A DNA stretch of 57,238 nucleotides, from assembly GCA_001723645.1 (NCBI GenBank), contig MDLC01000015.1, positions 1 through 57,238 of the forward strand, given 5' to 3'. A model generated the notes under the pieces. That model had not been told where the DNA came from. It made no database searches and saw only the letters and a program-made list of their open reading frames with translations. The DNA comes from Candidatus Endobugula sertula. GTDB lineage: Bacteria; Pseudomonadota; Gammaproteobacteria; Pseudomonadales; Cellvibrionaceae. Shown in pieces: positions 11,339 to 22,049 of this stretch. The first letter of the stretch is position 1. Each line of letters begins with the position of its first letter. Position numbers and translations under genes: made by a program.

Positions 11339-12481
11339 ATGTTAAAAACAACAAGTCGGCTTGTTGCCTGGTTGTCTGTTCCTACGTTATTGCTGACCAG
11401 TGGTCATGTTTTAGCGGAAGAGAATGGGCGCTCTACAGTCAATATGCCACAGGGGGTAACCTCTACCAGTCAAGATATTTATGGGCTGCACATGGATATC
11501 TTTTGGTGGTGTGTAGGTATTGGTGTCGTCGTTTTTGGCGTCATGTTTTACTCGATGATTGTTCACCGTAAGGCCAATGGGGCTAAAGCGGCTAATTTCC
11601 ATGAGAGTACAATGCTGGAAATTGTGTGGACTGTCGTGCCATTCCTTATTTTGATTCTTATGGCTTGGCCAGCAACAAAATCGCTGGTAAAGCTTTATGA
11701 TACGTCTGAGTCTGATGTTGATATTGTAATCACTGGTTACCAGTGGTTCTGGAAGTACGAATATCTGGATCAGGGGGTCAGCTTTTTTAGCCGCCTAAGT
11801 ACTCCCGAAGAGCAGATTCGCAACCAAGCACCAAAGGGTGATAACTATCTACTAGAGGTTGATGAACCTTTACTCATCCCCACCAATAAAAAAGTTCGTT
11901 TCTTAGTGACATCCAATGATGTGATTCATTCTTGGTGGGTCCCTGATTTGGCGGTTAAGCGCGATGCAATTCCCGGTTATGTGAATGAAAGTTGGACTTA
12001 TGTGAATGAGCCAGGAACCTTCCGCGGTGTGTGTGCTGAATTGTGCGGTAAAGACCATGGATTTATGCCCGTTGTTGTTAAAGCGGTAGAAGAAGGCGAG
12101 TACAATACTTGGTTAGCTGATCGCCGAGCTCAAGCGGAAAAAGAAAAAGAGCTAGCCAACAAAACATTTACTTTTGATGAACTGATGGTTCAGGGTGAAC
12201 AAGTCTATGGCAAGGCCTGTGCGGCCTGTCATGGTGCCAACGGTGAAGGGGGGGTCGGTAAAGCGATTGCCGGTAGTCCTATTGCCACTGGCGATCTGTC
12301 TGGGCATCTAGACATAGTGATTAACGGTAGTCAGGTGAACCCTGCAATGGCCGCTTTCAGAGAGACGTTGTCTGAAGTGGATACTGCTGCTGTTATCACT
12401 TATCAGCGTAATGCGTTTGGTAATAGCACGGGTGATGCAGTGCAACCAATCGATATCCTCAAATTTAAGCAAGGCAATTAA
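11339..12481 (+). CDS. coxB: Cytochrome c oxidase subunit II with a C-terminal mono-heme cytochrome c domain
   Basis: CuA site (HSWWVPDL...CAELCGKDHGFM) plus a C-terminal CAACHG heme-binding motif. Confidence 0.85.
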   Translation: MLKTTSRLVAWLSVPTLLLTSGHVLAEENGRSTVNMPQGVTSTSQDIYGLHMDIFWWCVGIGVVVFGVMFYSMIVHRKANGAKAANFHESTMLEIVWTVVPFLILILMAWPATKSLVKLYDTSESDVDIVITGYQWFWKYEYLDQGVSFFSRLSTPEEQIRNQAPKGDNYLLEVDEPLLIPTNKKVRFLVTSNDVIHSWWVPDLAVKRDAIPGYVNESWTYVNEPGTFRGVCAELCGKDHGFMPVVVKAVEEGEYNTWLADRRAQAEKEKELANKTFTFDELMVQGEQVYGKACAACHGANGEGGVGKAIAGSPIATGDLSGHLDIVINGSQVNPAMAAFRETLSEVDTAAVITYQRNAFGNSTGDAVQPIDILKFKQGN

Positions 12482-12507
12482 GTCGCAAGAATAAGAGAGA
12501 GAATATT

Positions 12508-14058
12508 ATGGCCCACGGTCCTGCTAAAGGTTTTACACGGTGGTTATATACTACTAACCACAAAGACATTGGTTCAATGTATCTTTGGTTCAGTTTTGCA
12601 ATGTTTCTTTTGGGTGGTGTATTTGCCCTGGTGATTCGTGCAGAGTTATTTGAGCCAGGGTTACAGATTGTTGAGCCAGGATTTTTTAACCAAATGACAA
12701 CCATGCATGGTCTAGTTATGGTTTTTGGTGCGGTGATGCCAGCGTTTGTCGGTCTTGCTAACTGGATGATTCCCATGATGGTGGGTGCTCCTGATATGGC
12801 ACTGCCGAGGATGAATAACTGGAGTTTCTGGATTCTTCCATTTGCCTTTGCCATGATGGTGGCTACCTTGTTTATGGAAGGTGGTGGTCCTAACTTTGGT
12901 TGGACTTTCTACGCTCCGTTGTCTACGACTTATGCACCACCTAGTGTTACCTTCTTTATTTTTGCTGTGCACATTATGGGGGCCAGTTCGATCATGGGCT
13001 CCATTAATATTATTGCAACCATTTTAAATATGCGTGCCCCTGGCATGACCTTAATGAAAATGCCATTGTTTGTTTGGACTTGGTTGATTACAGCTTATCT
13101 ATTGATTGCGGTCATGCCAGTATTGGCGGGTGTGGTTACCATGATGTTGATGGATATTCACTTTGGTACGAGTTTCTTTGATGCGGCTGGTGGTGGTGAT
13201 CCAGTGTTATTCCAGCATGTTTTCTGGTTCTTTGGTCACCCTGAAGTATATATCATGATCTTACCTGCCTTTGGTATTGTGAGTGCCATTATTCCTACGT
13301 TCGCACGTAAGCCATTGTTTGGTTACTCTTCTATGGTATATGCAACCGCTTCCATTGCATTCTTAAGTTTTATCGTTTGGGCTCACCACATGTTTACGGT
13401 GGGGATGCCAATTGCAGGTGAGTTGTTCTTTATGTATGCCACCATGTTGATCGCTGTGCCTACGGGTGTGAAAGTATTTAACTGGGTTACAACTATGTTC
13501 CGTGGTGCCATGACATTCGAAACCCCCATGCTATTTTCTATTGCCTTTGTCATCTTATTTACCATTGGTGGTTTCTCTGGCTTAATGCTGGCGATTGCTC
13601 CAGCAGACTTCCAGTATCACGATACCTACTTTGTGGTGGCTCACTTCCATTATGTATTAGTGCCAGGAGCCATTTTCTCGATCACAGCGGGTGTGTACTA
13701 CTGGCTGCCTAAGTGGTGCGGCAATATGTATAACGAAACCATGGGTAAAACTCAGTTCTGGATGGCGTTTATTGGTTTGAACCTAACATTCTTCCCAATG
13801 CATTTTGTAGGCTTGGCGGGAATGCAACGCCGAGTACCAGATTACAACCAGTTTTTCGCAGACTTCAATATGATTTCTAGTTGTGGTGCCTTCTTGTTTG
13901 GCGCTGCACAAATCATGTTGCTCTATAATGTTATTTCAACAATTCGTGGTGGCAAAAAAGCAACCGATGAAGTGTGGGAAAATCCAGAAGGTTTGGAGTG
14001 GACCGTGGCATCGCCTGCCCCTTACCATACCTTTAGTACTCCGCCAGCAGTGAAATAG
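12508..14058 (+). CDS. coxA: Cytochrome c oxidase subunit I
   Basis: Canonical heme-copper oxidase subunit I sequence (WFFGHPEVYI, HHMFTVGM). Confidence 0.95.
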   Translation: MAHGPAKGFTRWLYTTNHKDIGSMYLWFSFAMFLLGGVFALVIRAELFEPGLQIVEPGFFNQMTTMHGLVMVFGAVMPAFVGLANWMIPMMVGAPDMALPRMNNWSFWILPFAFAMMVATLFMEGGGPNFGWTFYAPLSTTYAPPSVTFFIFAVHIMGASSIMGSINIIATILNMRAPGMTLMKMPLFVWTWLITAYLLIAVMPVLAGVVTMMLMDIHFGTSFFDAAGGGDPVLFQHVFWFFGHPEVYIMILPAFGIVSAIIPTFARKPLFGYSSMVYATASIAFLSFIVWAHHMFTVGMPIAGELFFMYATMLIAVPTGVKVFNWVTTMFRGAMTFETPMLFSIAFVILFTIGGFSGLMLAIAPADFQYHDTYFVVAHFHYVLVPGAIFSITAGVYYWLPKWCGNMYNETMGKTQFWMAFIGLNLTFFPMHFVGLAGMQRRVPDYNQFFADFNMISSCGAFLFGAAQIMLLYNVISTIRGGKKATDEVWENPEGLEWTVASPAPYHTFSTPPAVK

Positions 14059-14131
14059 GTAAAATAGACAGTTAAATAAATAGTCATCAACAGTTATTTT
14101 TGCTGCTGATGACTACTTTGGGGCGTAGTTT

Positions 14132-14746
14132 ATGACTAAGCGTTTTTGGCAAGATAATTCAACACCTCTATTGTGCGTCAAGTTAGGTGCAATAGTCGTT
14201 ATGATGTTTGCCTTCGCTATTTTTATTATGCCCCCTTTGTATGATTTGTTTTGTGATATTACCGGTCTAAACGGAAAAACCGGAGGGCCTTTTGTTACGG
14301 GAAATGCAGAGAATGAGCTTGGTGTGGATACATCAAGAACGGTTAAAGTGCAATTTTTAGCAACCAATAATGAAAATATGCCGTGGGAGTTTCGCCCGCA
14401 GATAAAAACCATTACCGTACACCCTGGAGAGCCTACAGTAGTTAATTATCTTGCGGTCAATAATACCCGCTTTGACATGGTGGCTCAGGCAGTGCCTAGT
14501 TTAGTGCCATTTAAGGCAGCGAATTATTTTCATAAAACAGAGTGTTTTTGCTTTAATCAGCAGCCATTAGCTGCGGGTGAAAGTGCAGAGCTAGGTCTAA
14601 GTTTTATTGTTGATGTTGATATTCCTAAAAACATTAACACCATTACCTTATCTTACACTTTGTTTGATATTACAGAATCACAAAAGAAAAAAACGACACT
14701 CAATGTGATTAACAGTCATCAACAGCTGGCGGTAAATCAATTATGA
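14132..14746 (+). CDS. ctaG: Cytochrome c oxidase assembly protein CtaG/Cox11
   Basis: Cox11-like CFCF copper-binding motif. Sits between coxA and coxC. Confidence 0.8.
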   Translation: MTKRFWQDNSTPLLCVKLGAIVVMMFAFAIFIMPPLYDLFCDITGLNGKTGGPFVTGNAENELGVDTSRTVKVQFLATNNENMPWEFRPQIKTITVHPGEPTVVNYLAVNNTRFDMVAQAVPSLVPFKAANYFHKTECFCFNQQPLAAGESAELGLSFIVDVDIPKNINTITLSYTLFDITESQKKKTTLNVINSHQQLAVNQL

Positions 14747-14784
14747 TTACCGTCAATAATGAATAAAAACAACGGAGAAATCCT

Positions 14785-15693
14785 ATGTCCGCCGAAGGCA
14801 ATTACTACGTTCCCGATCAGAGTAGGTTACCTATTTTTGCATCTTTAGGTTTATTTCTGACAGTCTATGGCGCGGCAACTAAACTGAATGGTGGCGGCTG
14901 GACGATCTTTATGTTGGGTGCGGTGGTCATGGCTGTTGTCCTATGGTCATGGTTTAGCACCGTCATCAGTGAAAATATTGCGGGCTTGAACAGTAACCAG
15001 CTTAAGAAATCCTACGTATGGGGCATGGGCTGGTTTATTTTTAGTGAGGTGATGTTCTTTGCGGCTTTCTTTGGCGCATTGTTTTATATCCGTAACTTTG
15101 CCTTACCCTGGTTAAGTGGTGAAGGTGATACATCGACAACCAACGCCATTTTATGGAGTGGTTTTGAAGCACAGTGGCCATTAATGGTCACACCAGATAT
15201 GGCGGCTAATGGTGATGCGGCAAAAGTCGTTGGTCCAGGTCAAAATATGAGTATTACCACGGCAGAATCGATTTGGAGTTGGTTACCACTGTGGAATACC
15301 ATTGTGTTATTAACATCGAGTGTGACAGTACACTTCGCTCACACAGCGTTAAAAAATAATAACAAGAAAGGCTTTAATATTTGGTTAGGCATAACGGTTG
15401 CCTTAGGTATTCTTTTCTTGGTCCTACAAGCAGAAGAATACATTCATGCCTACAGTGTTGACCTTACTTTAGATTCTGGTGTGTATGGCACTACCTTTTT
15501 TATGCTAACAGGTTTCCATGGTGCGCACGTGACCTTAGGAACCTTTATGTTATTAGTGATGTGGTTGCGTTCAGTATTAAAAGGTCATTTCAAACATGAA
15601 GACTGTTTTGGTTTTGAAGCGGCTAGTTGGTATTGGCACTTCGTTGACGTGGTGTGGGTTGGCTTATTTATCTTTGTTTATATCTTAGGATAA
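14785..15693 (+). CDS. coxC: Cytochrome c oxidase subunit III
   Basis: Subunit III signature (GFHGAHVTLGT). Confidence 0.9.
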   Translation: MSAEGNYYVPDQSRLPIFASLGLFLTVYGAATKLNGGGWTIFMLGAVVMAVVLWSWFSTVISENIAGLNSNQLKKSYVWGMGWFIFSEVMFFAAFFGALFYIRNFALPWLSGEGDTSTTNAILWSGFEAQWPLMVTPDMAANGDAAKVVGPGQNMSITTAESIWSWLPLWNTIVLLTSSVTVHFAHTALKNNNKKGFNIWLGITVALGILFLVLQAEEYIHAYSVDLTLDSGVYGTTFFMLTGFHGAHVTLGTFMLLVMWLRSVLKGHFKHEDCFGFEAASWYWHFVDVVWVGLFIFVYILG

Positions 15694-15754
15694 TCAATAA
15701 GAGACACTATTTTTTAGCGTTTAACAGAGAGGGCTGTAGCCCTCTCTCAACGTC

Positions 15755-16009
15755 TTACTGATTATTTAACTGCTGTAGCTGTTCCTTCGTTAACTTTCTA
15801 TCCCAGGGTGCGCCACTTCCTAGTTGGCCTGTATACAAACCATAAAAAATGGTTGCCATTAACAATGATGCTAAGGTAATGCGAATACCTAAAGTATAGA
15901 GTGTACGCTTACTGGGAGAGTTCATGTCTTTTAATAAAAATACCAGCCCACTGGTTAAACTAATGAGTAAAGCGATAAATAATAAAACAACAATAATTTT
16001 TAATACCAC
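15755..16009 (-). CDS. Small two-helix membrane protein
   Basis: 84 aa, hydrophobic. Confidence 0.3.
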   Translation of the reverse strand: MVLKIIVVLLFIALLISLTSGLVFLLKDMNSPSKRTLYTLGIRITLASLLMATIFYGLYTGQLGSGAPWDRKLTKEQLQQLNNQ

Positions 16010-16036
16010 GATAAACTCCTAAATTAGGTTGTTAGA

Positions 16037-16786
16037 GTGCTGACTAATTTCCGTCTAGCTACGATGACACAACAATGGAAGTTGACATTGTTTGTGTTGT
16101 TTTTTTTGCCTCTGTTGCTGCGACTGGGTTTTTGGCAGTTGGAGAGAGCGGAAGAAAAACGGCAGTTGTGGATAGTGTATCAAGAACAGAAGCGCTTGCC
16201 AGCAGTACCATTGGATATTGATCAAAAACAAACCGTTACTCACTATCAAACGGTGATTGTTGAAGGCCATTATGATCGCCAACGCTATTGGTTGCTGGAT
16301 AATCAGCCACGTAATGGTCAAGTGGGCTATGAAGTGATTATGCCATTGCAAGTGGGTAAGCAATGGTTACTGGTTAACAGGGGCTGGGTAGCGGCTCCCG
16401 CTAGAAGAGATCAGTTGCCAGTATTGAAGACACCAGAAGGAAAGGTAACATTGCAGGGATATTTGCACCAACCTTCGCAAAATGCAGTGTTAAAACAGTT
16501 AGAAAGTGATTTACTCGTTGACTGGCCCAAGCGAGTATTGCAAATTAACCATTTTGCCGCACAGTCTGTGTTAAAGGCTGATGTGTATCCCACTCAATTA
16601 AGGATTAAAGACGATAGTCCTGGTGCTTTGATTACACAGTGGCCTGTGATGAGTACACAACCAGAAAAGCATCAGGGTTATGCGGTGCAATGGTTTACTA
16701 TGGCGCTGGTGTTGTTTTTGCTTTATGGTTGGGTGCTATTGTTTAGAACCGAAAGTAAAACATTAGAAAATAATAGAGAGAAATAA
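16037..16786 (+). CDS. SURF1-family cytochrome oxidase assembly protein
   Basis: Size, two TM helices flanking a periplasmic domain, and position in the cox cluster. Confidence 0.7.
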   Translation: MLTNFRLATMTQQWKLTLFVLFFLPLLLRLGFWQLERAEEKRQLWIVYQEQKRLPAVPLDIDQKQTVTHYQTVIVEGHYDRQRYWLLDNQPRNGQVGYEVIMPLQVGKQWLLVNRGWVAAPARRDQLPVLKTPEGKVTLQGYLHQPSQNAVLKQLESDLLVDWPKRVLQINHFAAQSVLKADVYPTQLRIKDDSPGALITQWPVMSTQPEKHQGYAVQWFTMALVLFLLYGWVLLFRTESKTLENNREK

Positions 16787-16793
16787 ACCGACA

Positions 16794-17411
16794 ATGAATG
16801 ATTCACAAGATCCAGCATTAATAAAGCGTCATCGTTTTTATGGCGTGCTGATAGTGCTAATGATAGTAGCGCCTATGGTCATTGCTTACATCATGTTTCA
16901 GACGGGTTGGGGAGTCTCTGGCGGTACAACCAATAAAGGGCAGTTATTAACACCACCATTGGCCATTAAATCGCTCCCTTTAGTGGATGGATCAACTTAT
17001 CTTGAGGATTTAGTGAATGATCAATCGATCGGTAAAAAATGGCGTATCTTAGTTCCTGTGAAAGCAGATTGTAATGAAACGTGTAGGCGGCACTTGTATT
17101 TAACCCGACAAGTGCATATTCGTTTAGCAGAGAAGGCCTATCGTGTTGAAAGAATTTTTCTGGCGCTTGATACACTCCCTGAAAGTTTGAAACAAGAGCT
17201 AAATACAGAGCATCCCAATGTGCGTTGGGCAAAGTCCACTGCAAGCCATTTTGCTCAATGGTTAGTGCCAGCAGTGCTAGAAAATTCAGATCAATACTTT
17301 TATTTGGTAGATCAAACAGGTTTTATGATGATGCGCTATGATAGACATCATTCAGGACAAGACTTACTAGACGACGTAAAGAAGTTATTGAAGTTTACCT
17401 ATGATAAATGA
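16794..17411 (+). CDS. Hypothetical membrane-anchored protein in the cox cluster
   Basis: ORF with one N-terminal TM helix. Confidence 0.35.
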   Translation: MNDSQDPALIKRHRFYGVLIVLMIVAPMVIAYIMFQTGWGVSGGTTNKGQLLTPPLAIKSLPLVDGSTYLEDLVNDQSIGKKWRILVPVKADCNETCRRHLYLTRQVHIRLAEKAYRVERIFLALDTLPESLKQELNTEHPNVRWAKSTASHFAQWLVPAVLENSDQYFYLVDQTGFMMMRYDRHHSGQDLLDDVKKLLKFTYDK

Positions 17412-17474
17412 AGAGAGGTGTTAGATGTCTAGTGTGAAACGCATCGTATTGAATATCTCAGGTCTCACAAAGAT

Positions 17475-18524
17475 ATGTTATTTAGATCAACTCCAAAACA
17501 CACAGCACTTTTTCGCTTAACCCTGTCGGCTTTTCTATTAGCTATTGTGGTTGTCGTTTTAGGTGCCTTTACTCGCTTGGTGGATGCTGGCTTAGGTTGT
17601 CCTGACTGGCCGGGTTGTTATGGACATTTATTATGGCCTAATGAAAGCCATGAAATTGCTAAAGCCGAGGAGGCTTTTCCTTCCACTCCTGTTAAAACAG
17701 ACAAAACCTGGCCCGAGATGGTGCATCGGTATTTTGCAGGTGCGTTAGTGTTATTTATTCTTGCTATTTTTATTATTTCTTTACGCCAGAGTAAAGCAAT
17801 GGTTCTCATGGGGCTAGAGAGGTTACCTGTAAAATTACCGCTATTTTTGTTGTGCTTGGTTATGTTGCAAGCGGCATTTGGTATGTGGACAGTGACGTTG
17901 AAATTATGGCCTCAAGTGGTGACTGCACACTTGTTGGGCGGTTTTTCTACACTGTCGTTTTTATGGTTGCTTAATCAGCGGCTTGGAGGACAGCGTTGGG
18001 TGTTGATGGGTAGAGAGCTGGAGTTAATTCAAAAACTCAAACCTTTATTGTTACTGTCCTTGATCGTTGTGATTGTACAGATTGCACTAGGTGGTTGGGT
18101 CAGTTCTAATTATGCTGCACTAGCTTGCCCAGATTTTCCACAGTGCTTGGGGCAGTGGATTCCACCGATGGATGTACAAACTGGCTTTAATATTAGCCAA
18201 GATATTGGCCCGAATTATCTGGGAGGTCAATTGGATAACCATAGTCGTACAGCAATACATTTTTTCCATAGAATTGGAGCCTTAACAGTGCTTGTCGTAT
18301 TCTCAGCATTGAGTGCTATGTTGTGGCGAACTGGCGCTAAAGTTGTTCGGTCTTGGGCATTATTACTACTATGTGTTCTAGGGCTGCAACTCGTTTTAGG
18401 AATGAGTAATATTGTTTGGGCTCTGCCATTAGTTGTTGCGGTAGCTCATCATGCGGTAGGTGCTTTACTGCTGTTGGTTATGGTATCGATTTGTTACCGT
18501 GTATATACTGCAAGCATTAAGTAA
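17475..18524 (+). CDS. ctaA: Heme A synthase (COX15/CtaA)
   Basis: Polytopic membrane protein with conserved CPDWPGC and His-containing helices. Sits adjacent to ctaB. Confidence 0.7.
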   Translation: MLFRSTPKHTALFRLTLSAFLLAIVVVVLGAFTRLVDAGLGCPDWPGCYGHLLWPNESHEIAKAEEAFPSTPVKTDKTWPEMVHRYFAGALVLFILAIFIISLRQSKAMVLMGLERLPVKLPLFLLCLVMLQAAFGMWTVTLKLWPQVVTAHLLGGFSTLSFLWLLNQRLGGQRWVLMGRELELIQKLKPLLLLSLIVVIVQIALGGWVSSNYAALACPDFPQCLGQWIPPMDVQTGFNISQDIGPNYLGGQLDNHSRTAIHFFHRIGALTVLVVFSALSAMLWRTGAKVVRSWALLLLCVLGLQLVLGMSNIVWALPLVVAVAHHAVGALLLLVMVSICYRVYTASIK

Positions 18525-18560
18525 TCATTATTAGATGATAAAAAATTAAGAGCCATTACC

Positions 18561-19466
18561 ATGAGTGTTCATCAAGAAGTATTAGGCAAACCCTGTCCAT
18601 TATGGCGTGATTATTTGGAGCTTTGTAAGCCTAAGGTGGTTGCCTTGATGTTACTGACATCACTCATAGGCATGTTGCTCGCTGTGCCTGGTATGGTGCC
18701 TCTGGATATTCTCATTTTCGGCAATCTGGGTATTGCTTTGTGTGCAGGGAGTGCCGCAACCGTTAATCATTTAGTTGATCGTCGTATTGATATGAAAATG
18801 CAGCGCACTCACAATAGACCCGTTGCTAAAGGCCGTATTGAGTCGTATAACGCTTTAGTATTTGCCGTGGTCATCGGTGCAATAGGCATGGCAGTATTGT
18901 TTTTTTTCGTCAATGCCTTAACCGCTTGGTTAACTCTCGCATCTCTTATAGGTTATGCGCTGATTTATACGATGTTTTTAAAACGTGCCTCCCCGCAGAA
19001 TATTGTGATTGGTGGGTTGGCTGGTGCCACACCTCCTTTATTAGGCTGGACATCGGTGACGAATAATATCGATGCTTATGGTCTGTTATTGGTATTAATT
19101 ATCTTTGCTTGGACACCACCGCATTTCTGGGCTTTGGCTGTACATCGTAAAGATGACTATGCCAAAGCTGATATTCCTATGTTGCCAGTGACTCATGGTG
19201 AGCGCTACACCAAAATTCATATTCTACTCTATACCATCATTATGGTAATCATCTCTTTGCTACCTTATGTCATTGGTATGTTCCACTGGTTGTATTTATC
19301 AAGCGCCTTATTATTGGGGGCAGGCTTTATTTATTGGAGCCTGATGATGCTTTTCAATAAACATCCTAATGCACCAATGGAAACCTTTAAATATTCTATT
19401 ATCTATTTAATGGCCTTGTTTGCCATTATGCTATTGGATCACTATCTATTACCTATGAGCTTTTAA
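18561..19466 (+). CDS. ctaB: Protoheme IX farnesyltransferase (heme O synthase)
   Basis: UbiA-family motifs ([19 protein letters not shown]). Confidence 0.9.
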   Translation: MSVHQEVLGKPCPLWRDYLELCKPKVVALMLLTSLIGMLLAVPGMVPLDILIFGNLGIALCAGSAATVNHLVDRRIDMKMQRTHNRPVAKGRIESYNALVFAVVIGAIGMAVLFFFVNALTAWLTLASLIGYALIYTMFLKRASPQNIVIGGLAGATPPLLGWTSVTNNIDAYGLLLVLIIFAWTPPHFWALAVHRKDDYAKADIPMLPVTHGERYTKIHILLYTIIMVIISLLPYVIGMFHWLYLSSALLLGAGFIYWSLMMLFNKHPNAPMETFKYSIIYLMALFAIMLLDHYLLPMSF

Positions 19467-19487
19467 TAAACTGACGATTCCTATTTT

Positions 19488-19922
19488 ATGGATACACAAC
19501 AGAAAAATATTAAAAAAACAGTTTTTCTTCTTATTGTTGCCATGGTAACGATTCTGGCTTTGTTTTTACATAAAATAACAACACCACGATATCTATCGAA
19601 TATAGAGTTAAAAATTAATGGGTTAGTGATGCTTGAAGACAAACAGAAGCTGAATTTTGTCTCAGACAAGCTTAATGAATCTTGGATACTGATAGCGGCC
19701 GACAAAGAAGATAGGCAACGACTTGAAGCCTTGCTACAAATGCTTAAACCTTATTTAAGAAAAAAGGTAACCATTGTTGATCGATCTGAGGTTGTCGCGA
19801 CTTTCACCGATGATATTATCCCTGTTGTAAGGCCATCAGGTAAATACCTAGCCTATTTCAAGCCTCCTTATGAACAACATAAAATGTTACTCACATTGTC
19901 CTCACTACTCGCGCATCATTAA
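19488..19922 (+). CDS. Membrane-anchored thioredoxin-fold / SCO-like protein lacking a CxxxC motif
   Basis: Position after ctaB. N-terminal TM helix. No cysteines. Confidence 0.3.
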   Translation: MDTQQKNIKKTVFLLIVAMVTILALFLHKITTPRYLSNIELKINGLVMLEDKQKLNFVSDKLNESWILIAADKEDRQRLEALLQMLKPYLRKKVTIVDRSEVVATFTDDIIPVVRPSGKYLAYFKPPYEQHKMLLTLSSLLAHH

Positions 19923-19939
19923 TCAAGTGTTGTTCATAT

Positions 19940-20782
19940 TCATAAAGCTCTGACTTTAGCACTAAACAATAATAGGCATACAAAGGCACTACTGGCACAA
20001 ACCACAATGGATGGGCCTGCAGGAGTGTCCCATAGTAATGAAGTGGTTAAGCCTCCTATCACCGATAGACAACCAAGAATACCTGACCATAGCACCATTT
20101 TTTCCGGTGAGTCAGCTAAATAACGTGCCGTAGCTGCTGGGATGATGAGTAGAGCAGTGATTAATAGAACGCCAACCATTTTAATCGATATAGCGATAGT
20201 TAAGGCTAACAACAGAAATAATAATAAGCGTATTTTATTAACCTGAATACCTTCAACGGCTGCCAGTGATTCGTTAACAGTTATAAATAACAAAAAGTGC
20301 CAATATCGCCAGATAGTAAAGCCAATGATGCTGCCTAGACCAATAATGAACACAACATCTGCAATCGTCGTAGATAGTAAGTCACCCAATAAGTAGGTGC
20401 TAAGGTCTACTCTCCCAGTATCAAATACACTGACTAAAATAAGTCCTAACGCAAGGCTTGAATGGGACAAAATACCTAATAGCGTATCGGTAGACAGCTG
20501 TTTTTGATTTTGCCAGCCGACTAACAATAGGGCAATGACGATACCACTAAGCACAATAGCAAGCTGAATATTAATTGTCAGTAATAAGCCAAAAGCGACG
20601 CCCAATAGTGACGAATGCGCTAATGTATCGCCAAAATACACTAATCGTTGCCAGACAATTAATGAACCTAAGGGTGCTGCGATGATAGCAACCCCGAGAC
20701 CTGCAATCAGAGCGGGTGCTAAAAACTCAATCATGGTGTTGGTCTTGATGTTTTTTATGAAGATAACCACCCTCTTTATCAT
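19940..20782 (-). CDS. znuB: Zinc ABC transporter permease
   Basis: ABC-3 family permease, adjacent to znuC and zur. Confidence 0.85.
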   Translation of the reverse strand: MIKRVVIFIKNIKTNTMIEFLAPALIAGLGVAIIAAPLGSLIVWQRLVYFGDTLAHSSLLGVAFGLLLTINIQLAIVLSGIVIALLLVGWQNQKQLSTDTLLGILSHSSLALGLILVSVFDTGRVDLSTYLLGDLLSTTIADVVFIIGLGSIIGFTIWRYWHFLLFITVNESLAAVEGIQVNKIRLLLFLLLALTIAISIKMVGVLLITALLIIPAATARYLADSPEKMVLWSGILGCLSVIGGLTTSLLWDTPAGPSIVVCASSAFVCLLLFSAKVRAL

Positions 20783-21524
20783 TCACATCTAATACATCAC
20801 CATGTACATCATGGCTGTGGTCATGATGGTGGGTATAAATCGCCACATTGGTTCCGGTAGCGTGACCAAACATTTCTAGATAAGCTGGATGATTGGATAT
20901 CTTATCCGGGTGCCCATGACAGCAAATATGTTGATTAAGACAAATAACCCGGTCTGTTGCTGCCATCACAATATGTAAGTCGTGAGAGACCATTAAAACG
21001 CCACATTTCAACTCACTTCTAAGCTGGGCAATGAGATCATAGAGTTGGCTTTGGCCAGTGATATCCACTCCTTGTGCAGGTTCATCCAGAACCAATAGTT
21101 GTGGCTGTCGAAGTAAAGCCCGAGATAATAAAACCCGTTGGGTTTCTCCTCCTGATAAATGGTGCATGGAGGTTTTTTTTAATCCTTGAACACCGGTTTT
21201 TTCTAGAGCCTGTTCAATATGTAATGTGCCATGGTGGGTTAATGATAAGAAACGCTCTACGGTAAGAGGCATCTGAGGATTAAGCTGCAAACGTTGAGGC
21301 ATATAGCCAATAGTCAGCTCTGGTGAGCGGATTACCTTTCCCCTAGTCGGTTTGCGTAACCCCAACAGAATATTAAGTAAACTGCTTTTTCCTGCTCCAT
21401 TGGGGCCAATAATAGTGACTATTTCATTGGCTGATACCGTTAAATCAATGTCTTGCAGTAAAGTACGTTGTCGATCTCGAAGAGAGATTTCTTGAGCTTG
21501 TAACAGAGGTTCGGTAGATAACAT
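20727..21524 (-). CDS. znuC: Zinc ABC transporter ATPase with a His-rich C-terminal tail
   Basis: Walker A (GPNGAGKSS) and LSGGE signature. C-terminus HHHDHSHDVHGD...HQDQHHD. Confidence 0.85.
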   Translation of the reverse strand: MLSTEPLLQAQEISLRDRQRTLLQDIDLTVSANEIVTIIGPNGAGKSSLLNILLGLRKPTRGKVIRSPELTIGYMPQRLQLNPQMPLTVERFLSLTHHGTLHIEQALEKTGVQGLKKTSMHHLSGGETQRVLLSRALLRQPQLLVLDEPAQGVDITGQSQLYDLIAQLRSELKCGVLMVSHDLHIVMAATDRVICLNQHICCHGHPDKISNHPAYLEMFGHATGTNVAIYTHHHDHSHDVHGDVLDVNDKEGGYLHKKHQDQHHD

Positions 21525-21531
21525 ATTTATT

Positions 21532-21996
21532 TTATAATTTTTGGCAGTTTTGGCATAGGCCTAATACCTCCAGCCATTGTTGTTGGATACGAAATCCAGT
21601 TTGAGTTCCGATATGACTTACTTGCTGGCGGAGAGAGTCATTATGACATTCTGTGGCAGTTTGACATTCGGTACAAATTAAAAAATAGCTGGGGTGCCTA
21701 GTTGAAGGGTCCGTGCAGCCAATAAAGGCATTTAAAGAATTGATACGGTGTATTAAACCGACGTTTAATAAAAAGTTGAGCGTTCTATAAACCGTTGGTG
21801 GTGCAATACAGCGTTCTGACACTTCCGCCAGCATTTCTATTAAATCATAGGCCCCTAAAGGCTGGTGACTTTTCCAAATAAGCTTCAGCAGTTGCTCGCG
21901 TAAAGGAGTCAGGCGTACATTCGCTTCCTGACAAGCTAACAGAGCATTACTGATGGCGGTATCGATACAATGCTGATGATTCTTGCATTGACTCAT
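21532..21996 (-). CDS. zur: Zinc uptake regulator (Fur family)
   Basis: Fur-family fold with two CxxC pairs. Divergent from znuA. Confidence 0.8.
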   Translation of the reverse strand: MSQCKNHQHCIDTAISNALLACQEANVRLTPLREQLLKLIWKSHQPLGAYDLIEMLAEVSERCIAPPTVYRTLNFLLNVGLIHRINSLNAFIGCTDPSTRHPSYFLICTECQTATECHNDSLRQQVSHIGTQTGFRIQQQWLEVLGLCQNCQKL

Positions 21997-22049
21997 GAAT
22001 CTGTCTTTTCTCTATTTACAAAAAACATTTTCGTTATAATATAACACTA